Positions 1-13,506 of a stretch of 64,000 bases of DNA are shown piece by piece. This stretch comes from Moniliella sp. 'wahieum' (taxonomy: Eukaryota): contig RSEE01000002.1 of assembly GCA_003971905.1 (NCBI GenBank), forward strand, positions 682,001 to 746,000, in the 5' to 3' direction. The position numbers and the translations under genes are program-made. Numbering within the stretch: the stretch's first letter is position 1; each line of letters starts with the position of its first letter. Under the pieces are notes generated by a model. The model did no database searches. It was not told the origin of the DNA and saw only the letters and a list, made by a program, of their open reading frames with translations.

Positions 1-619
1 CCTCACGTTTCAAGGGCCAATATGTAAAGAGGAAGCTGGAGGATGTTTCGACTGGGTTCTGTTTCATCGGTTTTCTTGCGCCTCGCCAACAAGGAGGATA
101 TGACGGTGATCAACACGAGGTTGTAGTCGACGACGGGGACGAAGGTGCGTCAGGCAATGCGCATTCAGAAGCCTTTGTTGGTCGAGTTGAAACAACTCGA
201 CGCCGGGCGAGGGATCCGGCGGCTAGGCGCGAGGTATGGGTGGTCCGTACGGGTATTAAATGCGTTCTCACAATGGCGTGTGCATTCGACATGTGAAGGA
301 TGTGCGTGAAGGGGGTGGAGAGTATGTACCCTGTCAGTAGCATAGCCCGAAATGGGATGGTGCTCTGCAGCGCGTTGGAGCCAAGGCGGTGTGCGACTAC
401 AATACTGTGAGGGGGAGGTGTTGATGAACGGATAACTGGATGAGATGATGAATGCACGTATGGTTTCATGGAAGGGAGAAGGCATAGTAGGAAGGCCAAA
501 GCACAGTAATGTACATTCGCAAGCATGGCTACAAGTAGGCTGGGCCTCCAACGGGAACGTAACTGGACGGAGCCATAGTTCGAGGTGAGTAGAGTAGACA
601 AGAGGGTAGGCCTGGGTGG

Positions 620-3221
620 CCAAGGTTCGTACTTGGTTACGGTGCTATGCGCAGCACAGCTGCCGGCACAGAGCGGGACCGGCTGTGGTCCCGTAGCGCA
701 GCAATCGCTTCGACCGGCACAGCAGGCAAAGGGTGAGGAGGAAGCGGAAGCGGGAGCGGAAGTTTGGGAGGTGGAAGCTGCGACGACGAAGACGGCACAC
801 GTGCTCGTTTCGACGCGTGCGCGCACGGGAGCAGGGGGTGCGTGTGCGACACGCGCAGCGGCGTAGCCTGGGCTGGACGGAAGCGGCACAGCAGACGGGG
901 ACGGGAAGCAAGCGCAAGGGAGGGAGTGCATCCCCCGATGCTCGCGTACGGTAGGTTGAGCCACATACGGTCCCGACCAAGAAGGCATCCCCATCCACCC
1001 AAGCAGTGGCTCGGAAGCGCCCATCCTCGCTCACGGGTCCACCCGTCAGGTCCGCCTCCGTTTCCGCTCGGAACGCCGTAACCTCCAGCCCCAGCCCCAA
1101 CCCCCGCCCCGACCCCGTCGGAGCAGCCCCAAGCCTGCCCTCGACCCAGGGGCGATGGGGCCGGGGCAGAAGGAAAATAGGGCAGCTGAACCGAGTCGTG
1201 CTGAGCGTGGTTCCGCCCTCCCGTACCGGCGTGTGCAAATGGCGCGGGGGGGGGCAACCCCGACGAAAACGTGGGGTGAAATGGCAGTAGTAGGAGAGAG
1301 AGATGATCTAGTATCCTCACATCTGGTGGTGGCGGTTATCTTGTCCCCGGAAAGACCGTCGGTCAAAACTGAAGTGGAAGCCGGGGCAAGAGTGGACGAG
1401 GATGACAAGGTTGAAGAGAAATCCGGAGAGACAGCAGGCAGATCCAGTTGGTCGTGATCATCTCTCACCACCTCAAGGGTAGGGAGGGGCACCAAGAGCG
1501 CCTCGCTCAATTCTGCTCCACCTCCTGTAGCAAGTCCAGGTCGATGGAGGGCTTGCATTCGGTCCAACAATCTTCCGGCTGCTCGGACCGACGATCGCCG
1601 AGGTGCCATGCCGATGCCGACGAGGCGCGCGCATGACCGCCCGATCCGGCCCGCCGCTCCATCGATACCGCAGCACGCTTCTTCAGTCGCGCCACCGTCT
1701 CACGCGCCTGTGCGCTGAGCAACATCAGGTCCGATGGGCCCTCGATGCAATCCGGCATAGTCGAGGCGGGGACCGAATCCTTGTCCTCTTCTCTTTCTCT
1801 TCCACCTCCATCTCCACATTCTCGACTCCAAACCCGGTCCCCAACTGGGTCCAGCGTCGTTGCGCTGCCAACCAAGTTGGGTCTTGCGCTGCTGCGCTCA
1901 CGCCGATCACCTCAGCAGGCAAACGGAACCGGACAGACTTGCCCCCCCGGCCCGATTGGAGAGTTAGGTGGCCCACCTCGTCACAGCTGGTAAAGTGATC
2001 GGAACGGGCACCGGTTCGCGTGGAGCCAGATATAAGGGGGTTGAATGACAGCTCCGGATCTTCATCCAAACAATCAAGGGGGGGTGTTGGGGTGGGAGAA
2101 GCGTCCATGGGTGCAAGGCAGGAGAGAGGTCAATCAACGAAGCAGGACCAGGACATGGGACAACAGGCGAGGCGAGTGGCGAGATACTTCTCGAGCCGAG
2201 GGAGGGTACAGGACGCAGGCCTGGATCTTCTGACTCGGCATCCGAAGTCAGGGAAACCGAGTCGGAACGGTTGCTCGCGAATGGGACGCCCAACGCAGTT
2301 TCTACCGAACGCAACGCTTTGCTCACATCCACTGGTCCCCGCACAGAAATAGAAAGGCGCACGCTCTGGGCGTGCCGGCGCTTGCGCTGAGGGGTGTGGG
2401 CGGGGGAAACCGAGGGGACCATAGCCCCCCCCGTTCCACCAAGCGAAGCAGCAGAGTAGAAGGTAGGTGAGCGGTGATGCGAGGAAGGCGAGGGCGAGAG
2501 TGAGGGCTCTGCGATTGACTGGGTAGCACCGGTGTGGGGAGGGAGGGAACGCCCAGGCCAGCTGAGCTGAATTGTGCAGTATTGCTAAGGGATAGAGAAG
2601 GTGTAGAGCCTGGCGATCTGGCCGGCGGCGAGGTGCAAGGGGACCGCGACCGGCCAAATGAGAAGGTAGCCAACCGCGACCGCTCAGCGGCCATACCATT
2701 CTGTATTGGGGTGCCAGCAGAGACGCTTTGCCCGACAGAGGCAGGAGGCACAAACTCCTTGTTTGACTGGAATTCAGCACCTATAGTGTCAGTGTCACAG
2801 GCACAGGTGCAGAAGAAACTAGGGGGGACGCACCTCTGCTAATGGGCGTGAAAGGTCCAGCCACCGAGACCGACTGGGTTAATGTCCGTAGGACCGGAAA
2901 CGGGAGGGAGAACTGAGGGTGGGGGTGAAGAAGATGAGCCCAAAACGGCTGTTGGAGGCGGGCACGAAGAAGGCGACAAGTCACGTGTGGGTAGGTCGGT
3001 GAGTGGGAAGGAGGAAGAGCGAGGTGGTGGGATGATACAGGAGATGGCAATGGAAGCGGGGATTGTGCAAGGGATTGACGCGGGAGCAAGGGAGAGGTGT
3101 CAGGCGTGGAGACGGGCAAAGGGAGGGAAATGACGGAATGCGAGTGCGAACGTGAGTGGGAGCGGCGATGAGGCAGTGCCGAGAGGGTAAGAGCAGGCGG
3201 CATGTTGGGAACCTCCATCAC
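620..3221 (-). CDS. Hypothetical Pro/Ser-rich protein, possibly one gene split by frameshifts
   Basis: Chain of overlapping minus-strand ORFs (2781-3536, 1964-2422, 1725-2108, 1507-1875, 1046-1609) with protein-like segments such as DEDPELSFNPLISG and DLMLLSAQARETVARLKKR. No family motif recognised; both ends uncertain. Confidence 0.3.
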
Positions 3222-5968
3222 GAACGGGACGGGGGGGCAGGCGGCGGTCGAGGCGGATGGAGCGGAAGAGGCGATGCAAGGGAGTGCGCCAGAACGGGCA
3301 TCGACGGGGGCAGATGGCGGGGTGGAGGGGGGTGCAGAGGCAGAAACAGAGGCAGAGACAGAGGCAGTGTGGACGTGCCGCGGACGACGTGGGCGTAGAG
3401 ACGAGTGGTGGGGGTGGAGGTGCGGAGGGGAGAAGCTGGGTAGACATGGCAGCGGAAGGGGAAGGGGAAGAGCAGCCAGAGGAAGGGGAAGCTTGGTGCT
3501 GGCGCAGGTGGCTGAGCGCTGATCTGAGATGCGCACGCAGGAGGATCAGGTACAGGCGAAGCGAGTGGCGCGGCACCAGGAAAAGTGGGTGGGAGCAAGC
3601 AGAAGGAGGAGTATGCTGAACCAGAGGCTCAGGCTTGGGGCCGGGTACTGAGTATGGAGTGCCAGTGGCGAGTAGCTAGCGACTAGTGGCTAGCGGCGGG
3701 TGCGGACTAGCCCAGTGTGGCTGCAGTGTGGTCTGAGACATAAGATCCGAGACTCAGATCTGAATCTCTGGCTGAACTATTCTTAACAAGCAAGAGACCA
3801 GTGAGCGTGAGCGCAGCCACAGGCCTTGCGCTCAGCGTCTCGCAGCCGAGGCTCAGCGGCTGCACGCAGCACCAGTGCACCTAACATGCGACGCGTGATA
3901 CATGTGCAGGGAGCGATGGATGATCGATCGTCTGCAGACCGGGGACGCAGGGGAGAAGGGGCAGCGCGTAGCAAGCCCCTGCCCTGCCCAGCCCTGCCCA
4001 GCCCTGAGATGAGAAGCCCCATCTCCCCGACGGAGGCAACCTGGGGCCTGGGGCAGCTGTGCGCGTCTCGCGGTGACACATCTCGTCCCGTCTCGTCCAG
4101 GGTGCCGATCATGCGAATCGATCATGAAACATCGATCACCGATCACCGGCCCCGGCCATCCTGCATCCCTCAGGCTCAGCGCCTCACATGCTCACGCGTC
4201 ACATGCTCAGACGTCGGGCTTATTGTGCGCTAATGCACATCATCGATCATTGCGATCATTGTCTCTCGTCTCCCGCACCGCACTCCACCGTACAGCTCTC
4301 AGATCTCACAGGCCAGCAGCTGGTCTGCTCCCTCAGATCCAGGATCTCATATCTCAGTACCAGTACCTCAATATTCAATCCACGATGCTCCAAAACGGTG
4401 GCCGGTGGATCTGCGCCAAGCACTTAACTTGAGTGCCAAGTGCTGCAAAAACATTCCACATTCAAGCTGAAGGGCGCAAATGTTCCACAGTTGTGCAACC
4501 TCCGCCGCGATTGTATGGCCCTAGATCTTAGATCTTTTTGGAGGTCGAACATTAAGAACGGTCAACTGTACTACTGCTTCAACTGTATACCGTTCGGAGC
4601 CAGCGTACGTCTGAACATCGCCGGAGGCACCACAGACGCGCTGTCTCGTATAGAGGTTGGCGTGCCTATGTTAGCCCATGCCACCATGCCATCGCTTTTT
4701 ACCACTATAACTTTTGCTGTTGCATGTTTGGATTGATATTCGTATGATGCTATTTGCATCAGAGCTCAAAAACAGGAACAAAAATCCGTGCATGAGGGTT
4801 GCGTCTCTGCCTCAAGGGCGACTGAGTCTTCTATTATACTACAAACCACATTAGTACTCTTCTATTCAATCCAAGCAGAACGAGTTCAGTTCTCAACATG
4901 TTTTTTGCGACCTAAGTCGATTCGTTGTCTGTACACGGCCAAGGTGATCCTTGAATGTTGACCACCGTCTAGAGCCCATATCGGCCTTCAGTGGGCCCGA
5001 TGCACATAGTGCACCGGGGTAGTAAGCTCCGGACCTTCCACGAGCTTCCACTGCTGGTGGCCTCCAACTCAGGAGCCTATCAAGGCTCATAGTTCTAACT
5101 CTCCTTAGCTCTTGAATGTCACCGCAATCTCTCATCGCCAGCATCGCCAGCTAGGCATGTGACATTGAATTCATTCTTTGTCTCCATATTCTTTTATCCT
5201 GCTTTTTGGGTTCTTTCTTGTGGCTACCTACTATATATAGGGGCCAAATGTGCTGTTCGTAACTTGACGTTTTTCTGATTTCTGCCGTCCGCTCCCGTCG
5301 TTAGAGCCTCATCCTAAAGACGTGCCATTTTGCCTGGTTGACTATAAACATCCGCCATCCTTTTCTACAAACTGAATCTGTTTCCCAACAATCCGTAGTA
5401 TGTTATACAAAAGTAGCCTTCTTGGCATTCCGAATTCCTGTGGACCTCCGCTGGTATCGACATCGCCTTCGAAAAAAGCCCTGCCAAATACATCTCTGCA
5501 AGCGGAGCAGGTCTGCATTATTCCGCAATAGATTTCTCCAAACACAAGCCAGTCCCGTTCGACTACAGTGGTGAGATCTGAGAAGAAGAGGTTAGCGGTC
5601 AGGGGGCAACTTCCCAGATTCGCGATGCTTCATGGTACTCGTTGAGCCAGTTAGTTGGAAGAATCCTAGTTTCTGTTGTCTGCTGTGTGTGGCTCTATCG
5701 CTTGTACACAGCGTCTCAGCGCGTCAACTACAGTCTTAACAGCAAGGCTGTGTTTAGTTAGCATTTCCCTAATGCGAATGGTGGCCCCATCATGCACACC
5801 TTGCTGTGTCTCCATATCTCACCTCTGTCTACAGTCTTCTCCACAGCATCATCATCATCATGAAGGCCATGCAAATCAACAAGTTGATTGATGCTTGAGG
5901 CTGATATCAAAGCCCGCATGTAATCGTGCGCACACGATGCGCAAAAGCAAAAACATATCGACGCGAAT

Positions 5969-6054
5969 CTCTGCGACCGGGAATCGAACCCGGGTCTCGT
6001 CCGAACGTGCACCGGCATGACAGGGACGTGTCATAGCCACTAAACTATCGGAGA
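5969..6054 (-). tRNA. tRNA-Asp (GTC) with a 14-nt intron at the canonical 37/38 position
   Basis: Minus strand reads TCTCCGA TAGTTTAGTGGCTATGAC A CGTCC CT GTC A [TGCCGGTGCACGTT, 6017-6004] C GGACG AGAC CCGGG TTCGATT CCCGG TCGCAGA G. A and B boxes, anticodon stem CGTCC/GGACG, discriminator G73, and a downstream TTTTTGCTTTT Pol III terminator. Confidence 0.93.
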
Positions 6055-6477
6055 TACTTGAATTGGCAAGTGCCATGCATAAGCCTTGACTTGTCCGTTT
6101 CTAAATGCTGCTCAATATACACCGTGTCAAAGCCACCCACAATAAGCATGCCACCGTCAATGAGCGAAACAGACCTACATCAACTTCCTGAACGAATGTC
6201 CTCTATTCTGGAGAGGGGGGCGTGTCGTTTAGTTTCCATTATACGCCCTTGCTCCCTTTTGCATAACTGTCCCGTTTTCTCTATCATATCTGCATTCTTT
6301 CACATCCGCTTCCTAGTAGCACTTTCTGAAGAGAGTGTGAGCACGACTAACATTTCCCCGGAATGTCTTCTTCCCGGTCGCAGGCCGCAGACAGAAGGCA
6401 CATCAAAACGGAACCTGATCCCATCACGGCCAGGGAGACTCCCGCCAAAAGCCTATAGCGGGGCGAAGGAACCAGAG

Positions 6478-6979
6478 ATGAGTACGACCTGATGAGCGGA
6501 ACATTGTTGTCTCCTTCCCGTCCCTCCTTCTAACAAAAAGTATACCACACGATCGAGAGGTGATGGATTTCTTTGAGCAGGCTAATATTATGAGAGCGAC
6601 AGGAGCGATGTGCCAGACTCTGACTTCAAGAGGCCTCTCGAACCGTTTACGCGCGAGATCTACGGCAACGATGAAGAGAGAGTGTGCATTGTTCAAGACC
6701 TTTCACTCACATCGATGGAGGAGTCAAATTACTCCGTCCAAGAGCGTGTTTCCCTCATTTTCAATCAGCTACGGTCGATGCAGGCTGTTTTCAGAGCTCT
6801 CTGATCCGCGAAGGCGCCAAGACTCTCCAGATGGAATATATGCACCGTCCAACGCGAAGCAAGAATCTTGGCAAAGGGGGGTTTTTAGTGTCCAACCCAC
6901 GCCACAGTATTTCGAGCACTTGAAAGAATACAACAAGATGAGATGCACAATCAAGCCCCAGCAGACCGTCGGGCCGTAG
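6478..6979 (+). CDS. Hypothetical protein of about 165 aa, frameshifted
   Basis: Consecutive open frames can be stitched (DERNIVVSFPSLL...VMDFFEQANIMR / PDSDFKRPLEPF...FNQLRSMQAVF / ...YFEHLKEYNK). No family recognised. Confidence 0.3.
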
Positions 6980-7672
6980 GCCCGATGGTGGTCGCCTACT
7001 AGTATTTGTAGAAAAGCCAACACCTCCTTTGCCCATCAGTGGTCATCGCCCTGAACATCCGAAAGGGGATATGTGTGACATATGTGGGGAGAAAAGAGGT
7101 GGGTATGGGAACTGTCAATGGGGCTACTGGGCGTCTTGCGTGCCCCAACCGCGAGTTGGTTAAGAGATCGCCCATATAGTATCCATCAGATTTACCGACC
7201 ATCCTCTGGCCATCGCCCATCGCCCATCGGGGACGTTGCACCGAATTGCAATTTGAAATCGTCCAGGGATCTGCGGGCGTTGGGCTCGGGCAGACGAATA
7301 TTGGCAGCCGGAGGGCGGCTGAGCCGGAGAGACGATTCGGCGGGTGGTGGCAGGGGGCAGCAGGGGGCAGCAGGGGGTAGCCTGGTCCAAGCGGCGCCAC
7401 ACAGGTGGCTCCGGCTATCGACTATCCCATTCCCGCTTCGGACCAAAGCCGATGGAGCGAATAGCGAATGGAAACCCACCGGGGACATCGGATCGATATT
7501 GGGCCGACCAGTGGGGAAACCAATAAAAATCCGAGCCCAGTGGTCTCATTTGGTTTGTTTCTTCCCAAAGTCCCAACGCCTGCGCCATGGCTTTCCTCTG
7601 CCGTCGCCGCCCTCTGTACGGTCAGTGTCACCACCACCACCACCACCATCATCATCATCCACGTGGGTGAGC

Positions 7673-10317
7673 ATGTCGGCGCACTTGTATACGCGCTTGC
7701 GCATCCACCATGTTTTTGGCGCCAACACCGATGTTGGCAAGACAGTCTTCACCACCGGCCTCTGCCTCGCTGCTGATGCTCTTCCCTCGGTGCCCGGTCT
7801 TGCTCCCGCGCCCGGGCGCGGGGAACAGGCGTACTACTGCAAGCCCGTCCAAACCGGTCCGGAAGATTCGTGGGATGATCGCCATGTGCTCCGGTACGCT
7901 CCACGCACGCATACCTCTCGCCTTTTTACCCTGCCTGTCGCTCTATCGCCCCATGTCGCTGCGCAAGACCATCTCCGCGGTTCCGCCCTGGTCCCAACGG
8001 ACGACCAACTAGTAGCTGCTGCCCAAGCGTGGCTGCGCAACACGGCGCGGACGAGTGCTGGCTTGTCGCAGGGCGCCCAGGCGATCATTGAACCGGCCGG
8101 AGGGGTACACTCGCCCACGCCGATGGGTCGGTCGCTGAGCTCGGTTCTGCGCGCGCTCCGGGCTCCCGCGATCCTCGTTGGTGATTCGCGCCTTGGTGGT
8201 ATCTCTGCCACGCGGAGCGCGTACGATAGCCTGCTCCTGCTCGGGTACGACGTGGATACCATCCTTCTCTTCCCTTCCCGGCGAGACAGGCACAGCTCGG
8301 TACTTGCGCCAACTGTTTAGTGACCCCGACGGGCCCTATGGAACGCGAGGCACCAAGGTATTTTCCCTGGGCGGACCCAATGGTTCTTCTGTCTGGGGTC
8401 CTCCTCCTTCGCGCGGCGCAAACGACGAGGCAAGCATGAAGCAATTTATCAGGGCCTGGTCTATGGGCGTATGGATCAGCCCCAGGGGGCAGAGGAGGAC
8501 AATGGTGGCCTGTTGGCTGCCGTGGCGCATTTACGTCAGAAACACCAGCAGCGGATCGAGGAACTGAGCACCATGGCCTCTCAGACACGCACCACTTGTT
8601 GGTGGCCCTTTACGCAACATGAGCTAACCAAGACCGACAAGGAGGTCATGGTCATTGACTCGGCGTGGGGCGACTCGTTTGATGTTCTGACCGAACCTCA
8701 TGCGGTGCCCGCTTCAAGCCCAAGTCCAACTCCAACTCCGACTCCAACTCCGACTCCACCCCCATCTACCTTGGTCCCGTCGTCGGACCCGGCGTCGGCG
8801 TTGCAGCCTGTGTTTGATGGTTCGGCGAGTTGGTGGACGCAGACGCTGGGCCATGCGGACGAGCGATTGAGCTATGCGGCGGCCGAGGCGTTGGGGAGAT
8901 ATGGGCACGTTCTGTTCCCCAACGCATCCAGCAAGCCTTCGCTTGAGTTGGCCCAGCGTCTTCTGGGCACCTACTCGCCCCCTTCTTCGCACGGCACAGT
9001 GAGCGAGACGGCGGTCGGAGCCGGTTGGGCATCCCGCGTCTTCTTCTCGGACGATGGCAGTACGGGGATGGAGGTGGCGATCAAGATGGGGCTTGCTTCC
9101 TCTCGCGTCCGTTACGCACCAGAATCGAGCGGAGGGGGAAAAGGGGAATGGGCATGGGACATCCTAGGTCTGCGTGGATCCTATCATGGTGATACGATTG
9201 GCGCGATGGACGCGTGTGAGCCTGGTCCGTATTCGGTCATGGTCGATTGGTACCGCCCCAGAGGACTTTGGTTTGCTCCTCCCACCCTGCGCGGCACGCC
9301 CAATGGGGTGTGCGTGCGTGTCCCGCCCGAGGTCAAGCAGCTCTCCCCTACGCTCCCGGACGAGGTGGGGATGGCGCCCATGGCAGCCATGTACGATCTG
9401 CCTCACCGCCTTGTCCATGACAAGGAGCTGGTCGAAGCCTACCGCACCTACATCCGGTCCACCATTGAAACGTACACGAGCCAGGCCTCCAGCCAGCGCC
9501 GGAGACTGGGCGCGTTGGTGATGGAGCCGCTGGTGCTGGGTGCGGGCGGGATGCAATTTGTCGATCCGCTGTTCCAGCGCCTGCTCGTCGACACGGTACG
9601 TGCCAACCCGCACTGGTTTGGCGAACCAGCCGGCGAGAAGGAAGGCTGGCAGGGTTTGCCCATCATCTTTGATGAAGTGTTTGCGGGCATGCATCGGCTC
9701 GGGTACGGTACCTGTGCCACGGCCTTGGGGGTGTGCCCGGACGTGGCTGTGTATGCCAAGATGCTGACGGGCGGGGTGGTGCCGATGGCAGTGACCCTCG
9801 CCAACGAAAGTATTTTCGCCACCTTTGCTCGGTCCGACAAGAAGGTCGACGCGCTGTTGCATGGCCACTCTTACACTGCGTATCCATGGGTGCGCGGTAG
9901 CGAACCGGACGTTGCACATTCTCGATCGGTCGGTGGGCAAGGTACGTGGGACAGGGCAAGCGGAATGGGGTGCTGCCTCGCCTTCCTCCCAGCCGGCGAC
10001 CGGGTCGGCGTGGAGCTTATGGTCGCCCCAGGCAGTGGCCGCATTGGCTTCGACGCCCGGTGTGGATTCGGCGTTGGCGCTGGGCTGTGTCCTGGCCATT
10101 GAGCTGGAGGACAGCTCGGCGGGGTACGGTTCGGGAGTGGCCAAGGGCGTGCTGGACCCTCCGCACCCCAACGCAGCCGGGCGAGCTGGCCATTCACGCG
10201 CGCCCCTTGGGCAACGTGCTGTACCTGATGGCCAGCCTCAACTCGCACGCGAGTACGCTTCGCAAGGTGGAACAGCGTCTGCAGCAGGCTGTGGTGACGG
10301 GGTTCGGGGCGCCCTGA
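7673..10317 (+). CDS. BIO3-BIO1: Bifunctional dethiobiotin synthetase / DAPA aminotransferase (BioD-BioA fusion)
   Basis: N-terminal GANTDVGKT P-loop, YCKPVQTG and EPAGGVHSP (BioD), then CWWPFTQH, FDGSASWWTQ, FFSDDGSTGMEVAIKM, SYHGDTIGAMD, IIFDEVFAG, PLP-Lys motif DVAVYAKMLTGG, LLHGHSYTA and HARPLGNVLY (BioA). About four frameshifts. Confidence 0.95.
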
Positions 10318-11007
10318 GCGGGTGAATGGGGGTCGGGCGCAGCTGGGGTCGAGGATGGGTGTCTAGCAATGCAATCCACTACCGGGAGCGTCTGTAGCAC
10401 ACACTGCTGTCTCTTGGAACATACTGGCATGGTGGGTGATCAGGTGGAGGAAGCGATAAGACGGACGAAGCAGCAGGCCATGCGGACGGGGCCACCAGGG
10501 CAAGCGGGAAGCGAGGCAGCCGAGGGTGGGTGGGAGCGGAGAAGAGCTGCGAAGAGCAGGCGCGTGCGTTTCGCCGTAGCCGGGCCGCGCCCTGCCTGCG
10601 TGCGGCTGCCTCTCTTCTCTCCAGCCGCGCGGAGCGCCGAGCGGGGCCGGGGACACCGCCGCAGTGCCTGCCACCGCTCGCACGTGGTTGGTGCTGCCCG
10701 CGCGGCGCCGCACCGCCCGTCTCGGCCGCCCCGCGACCCAGCCGCCCCGCCGCGCAGCGGCAGTCTCACAAAATTCCATCTGTGCCTGGCGCCCACCTGC
10801 AATATCCACAAGTGACACGGCCTGATATAGATACACTGATCCTTCTCAGATCTCACAGCCGTACAGCCTACCCTACGCGTTACGCGCTATCCGACCGTAC
10901 CTGCAGTCCCACCCGCTCTGGCGGGGCAAGTTTGGGATTTAATCACTCCTCTTCGCGCTCCTTTTTGCTTCTTCGTTTCCCCTTCCCCCCGCACCACCGT
11001 CCCCGCC

Positions 11008-13506
11008 ATGTCCGTCAACTCCCGCGGCCAGTTCTCTGCCCCCGGCAGCGTCCCACGCGACTATGGCCTGCTGCAGGCCCCGCGCTCCACCATGATGCCC
11101 TCCTCCCGCCCCCACTCCGGGCGCTCAGCCCGACGCTGCCGACCTGGAGGAGGCGCGCCAGGCGTTGGAGCGCTACGCTCGTTCGGGCAGCGTCTACGAC
11201 CCGCCGCACATGCTCTCTGACCGCGCTCGTCCCGCCGTCCGCGCCGCCCTTCCAGCACGGCCGGATCGGTTTGGGACCGGTCGCGTGCCAGCAGCCGTGC
11301 CTCGTCTGCCGATCGCACAGGCCCACAGGTACCGCTACCCGCCCCGTTGCCATGCCAATCGCCCATGGATCTGCCCATGCCCATGCCCCTGCGCGCCCTC
11401 GCTCCATTTTGGCTGCGAGCCCCGGTGGTGCGAGTCTGTCGGGGAGGTATCGCGATTTGCTGCTCGGTGGCGAGCCTAACCCACCACCGATCGAACAGTT
11501 CAGCAGCACCTTGACCAGCACCACCTTCTTTCCAGTTCCGAGGGAGGGGTGCCTCCCCCCGTTCGGCGAAGAAGTACGAGCCAGCAACGCGGCCTGCCTC
11601 GCCCGCCTCTGGCGCGCCGATGGTCCGCACGCAAGAACTGGTTCCGCGCCCGGCTGATGTGGTGCAAGTGCGAAATCAGCTGCGTCGGTCTAGTGCCGCC
11701 TTGGCCTCGAGCGATGTGGAGCGCGTGGCAGCCGGGCCCAGTTGGTCAGGCGAACAAACGGCGTTGCTCAGCCATCAGACCAGGCCTGCGTCCTATGCCG
11801 GTGTTGGGTCAAGAACGATCCGGACGCCAAACCGCGGCCAGTGGAGCCGGAAGGATCGGAATCAGATTCGGTCGCTTCGACGGAGGAATCGCTGGCGTTG
11901 GCCGTGCCCGGTCCAGGGGCTGGACGGGAAGAAGCCAAGACGCTAACGTGGTATACGATGCCCATCTTGGGCACCCACTTGCTGAGTTGTCCCTCAGCGT
12001 GGTGACTGTATTTGCTATTGGCCATTTGGGCACAACCGGTACGTATCTTGCCTTGTTTTGCTTTGCTTTGCCTCGAATGTTGCTCAGCAGTCACTGGAGC
12101 TAACCTGACACTCCCGGGTTTGCCCTCCTAACGTAGAACTCGCCGCTGCTTCGCTCGCATCCATGACGGCCAACGTGACTGGGTTCTCGATTCTTTCCGG
12201 GTTCGTCTCGGCGCTGGACTCGCTGTTACCGGCGGCGTACAGTTCGCCGCACCCTTACACGGTGGGAATTTGGACAAACGTATGTGCATCCTAATTGCAT
12301 TGTTGATCGTGCCGATTGTGATCACTTGGTTCCACACCGAGGCCATCTTGATTGCGTTGCGGCAAGATGCCACGGTGGCTGCTATGGCAGCGCAGTACCT
12401 ATCAGTGCTCACGCTGGCTCTACCGGCGTTTGGTGCGTTTGAGATTATTCGTCGGTACCTCCAAGCGCTGGGGCTGTTCCATGCACCTACGATTGCCGTG
12501 GCGGTAGCGTCGGCGTTTAATGTGCCGGCGCAAATTTTGCTCGTGTATGGCCCCGAGAAGGTGCGCATGGGCTTTTTGGGAGCGCCCGTGGCCAGCGTCT
12601 TGTCCTACTACCTCATGCTGGCTTTGGTTTGATGCAGTGCTATGTCGCCCCGCGCGATGCATGGCAAGGCCTGACGCGCAAGGCGTTTGAGCTCAAGGGT
12701 CTGGTCGACGTTTGGAACCTAGGCTTTTCTTCGACCGTGGCCATGGCGGCGGAATGGTGGGCATGGGAGGTGGCGAACCTCATGTCGTCCATGCTGGGCA
12801 CGTCGGCCTTGGCGGCGCAGTCGGTACTGCTAGTAACCTGCAGTTTGACCTACCAGCTGCCGTTGAGCGTCAGTGTAGCCTCGGCTGTGCGGATCGGCAA
12901 TTTGCTCGGGGCCAACCAACCGTACTGGGCTGCTCTGTCGACGCGGATCGCCATGTGGGGAGCGCTGATCTGTGGCTTGCTCAACTCGTCGGCCATGATC
13001 CTCTTCCGTAACCAGTGGGGGTGGATGTTCTCCTCCGACCCCGAGTTGGTCGCGATGATCGCGGTCATCATGCCCTACGTCGGCGCGTTCCAGATCGCCG
13101 ATGGCATCTGTGGTGTTGCGGCGGGCATCCTGCGTGGCAGTGGACGGCAAAGCAAGGGGGCGCTGATCAACTTGTTTGCCTACTATGTAGTGGGCTTGCC
13201 CATCGGAGGCGCTCTGATGATCTATGCGGACTGGGGCTTGCAGGGGATCTGGCTCGGTCTGTCCATTGGTCTGCTGGTCGGCGCAAGCGGCTTCCTGTGC
13301 TCATCTTCCGTACTGATTGGGCCAACGAAGCACAAGAGGTTCGGGCTCGGATGGAGGAGGATGTGCGCTCGAGGAAGAGGATTGTGCTGAGGAGGCCCTG
13401 GAGGAAGAGGCTCGTCTTCTCGATCACGACGAGGGCGAAAGGTGTACGAACCATTGCTGAACGTCAAGATGGTGGTGTCTGTTTGCGTCATTGGCCTGCC
13501 ACTTAA
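11008..13506 (+). CDS. MATE-family multidrug efflux transporter (ERC1-like) with a long low-complexity N-terminus
   Basis: IGHLGTT|ELAAASLASMTANVTG across intron 12039-12136 (GTACGT...CTAAC..TAG), plus RRYLQALG, MAAEWWAWE, SVASAVRIGNLLGAN and GILRGSGRQ...NLFAYYVVGLPIG. Frameshifted; 3' end approximate. Confidence 0.92.

Noticed and set aside
7673..10317. BioD-BioA fusion as a novelty, or a biotin cluster with the MATE gene
   Set aside because: The BIO3-BIO1 fusion is well known in fungi and plants, and no other biotin genes are in the window.
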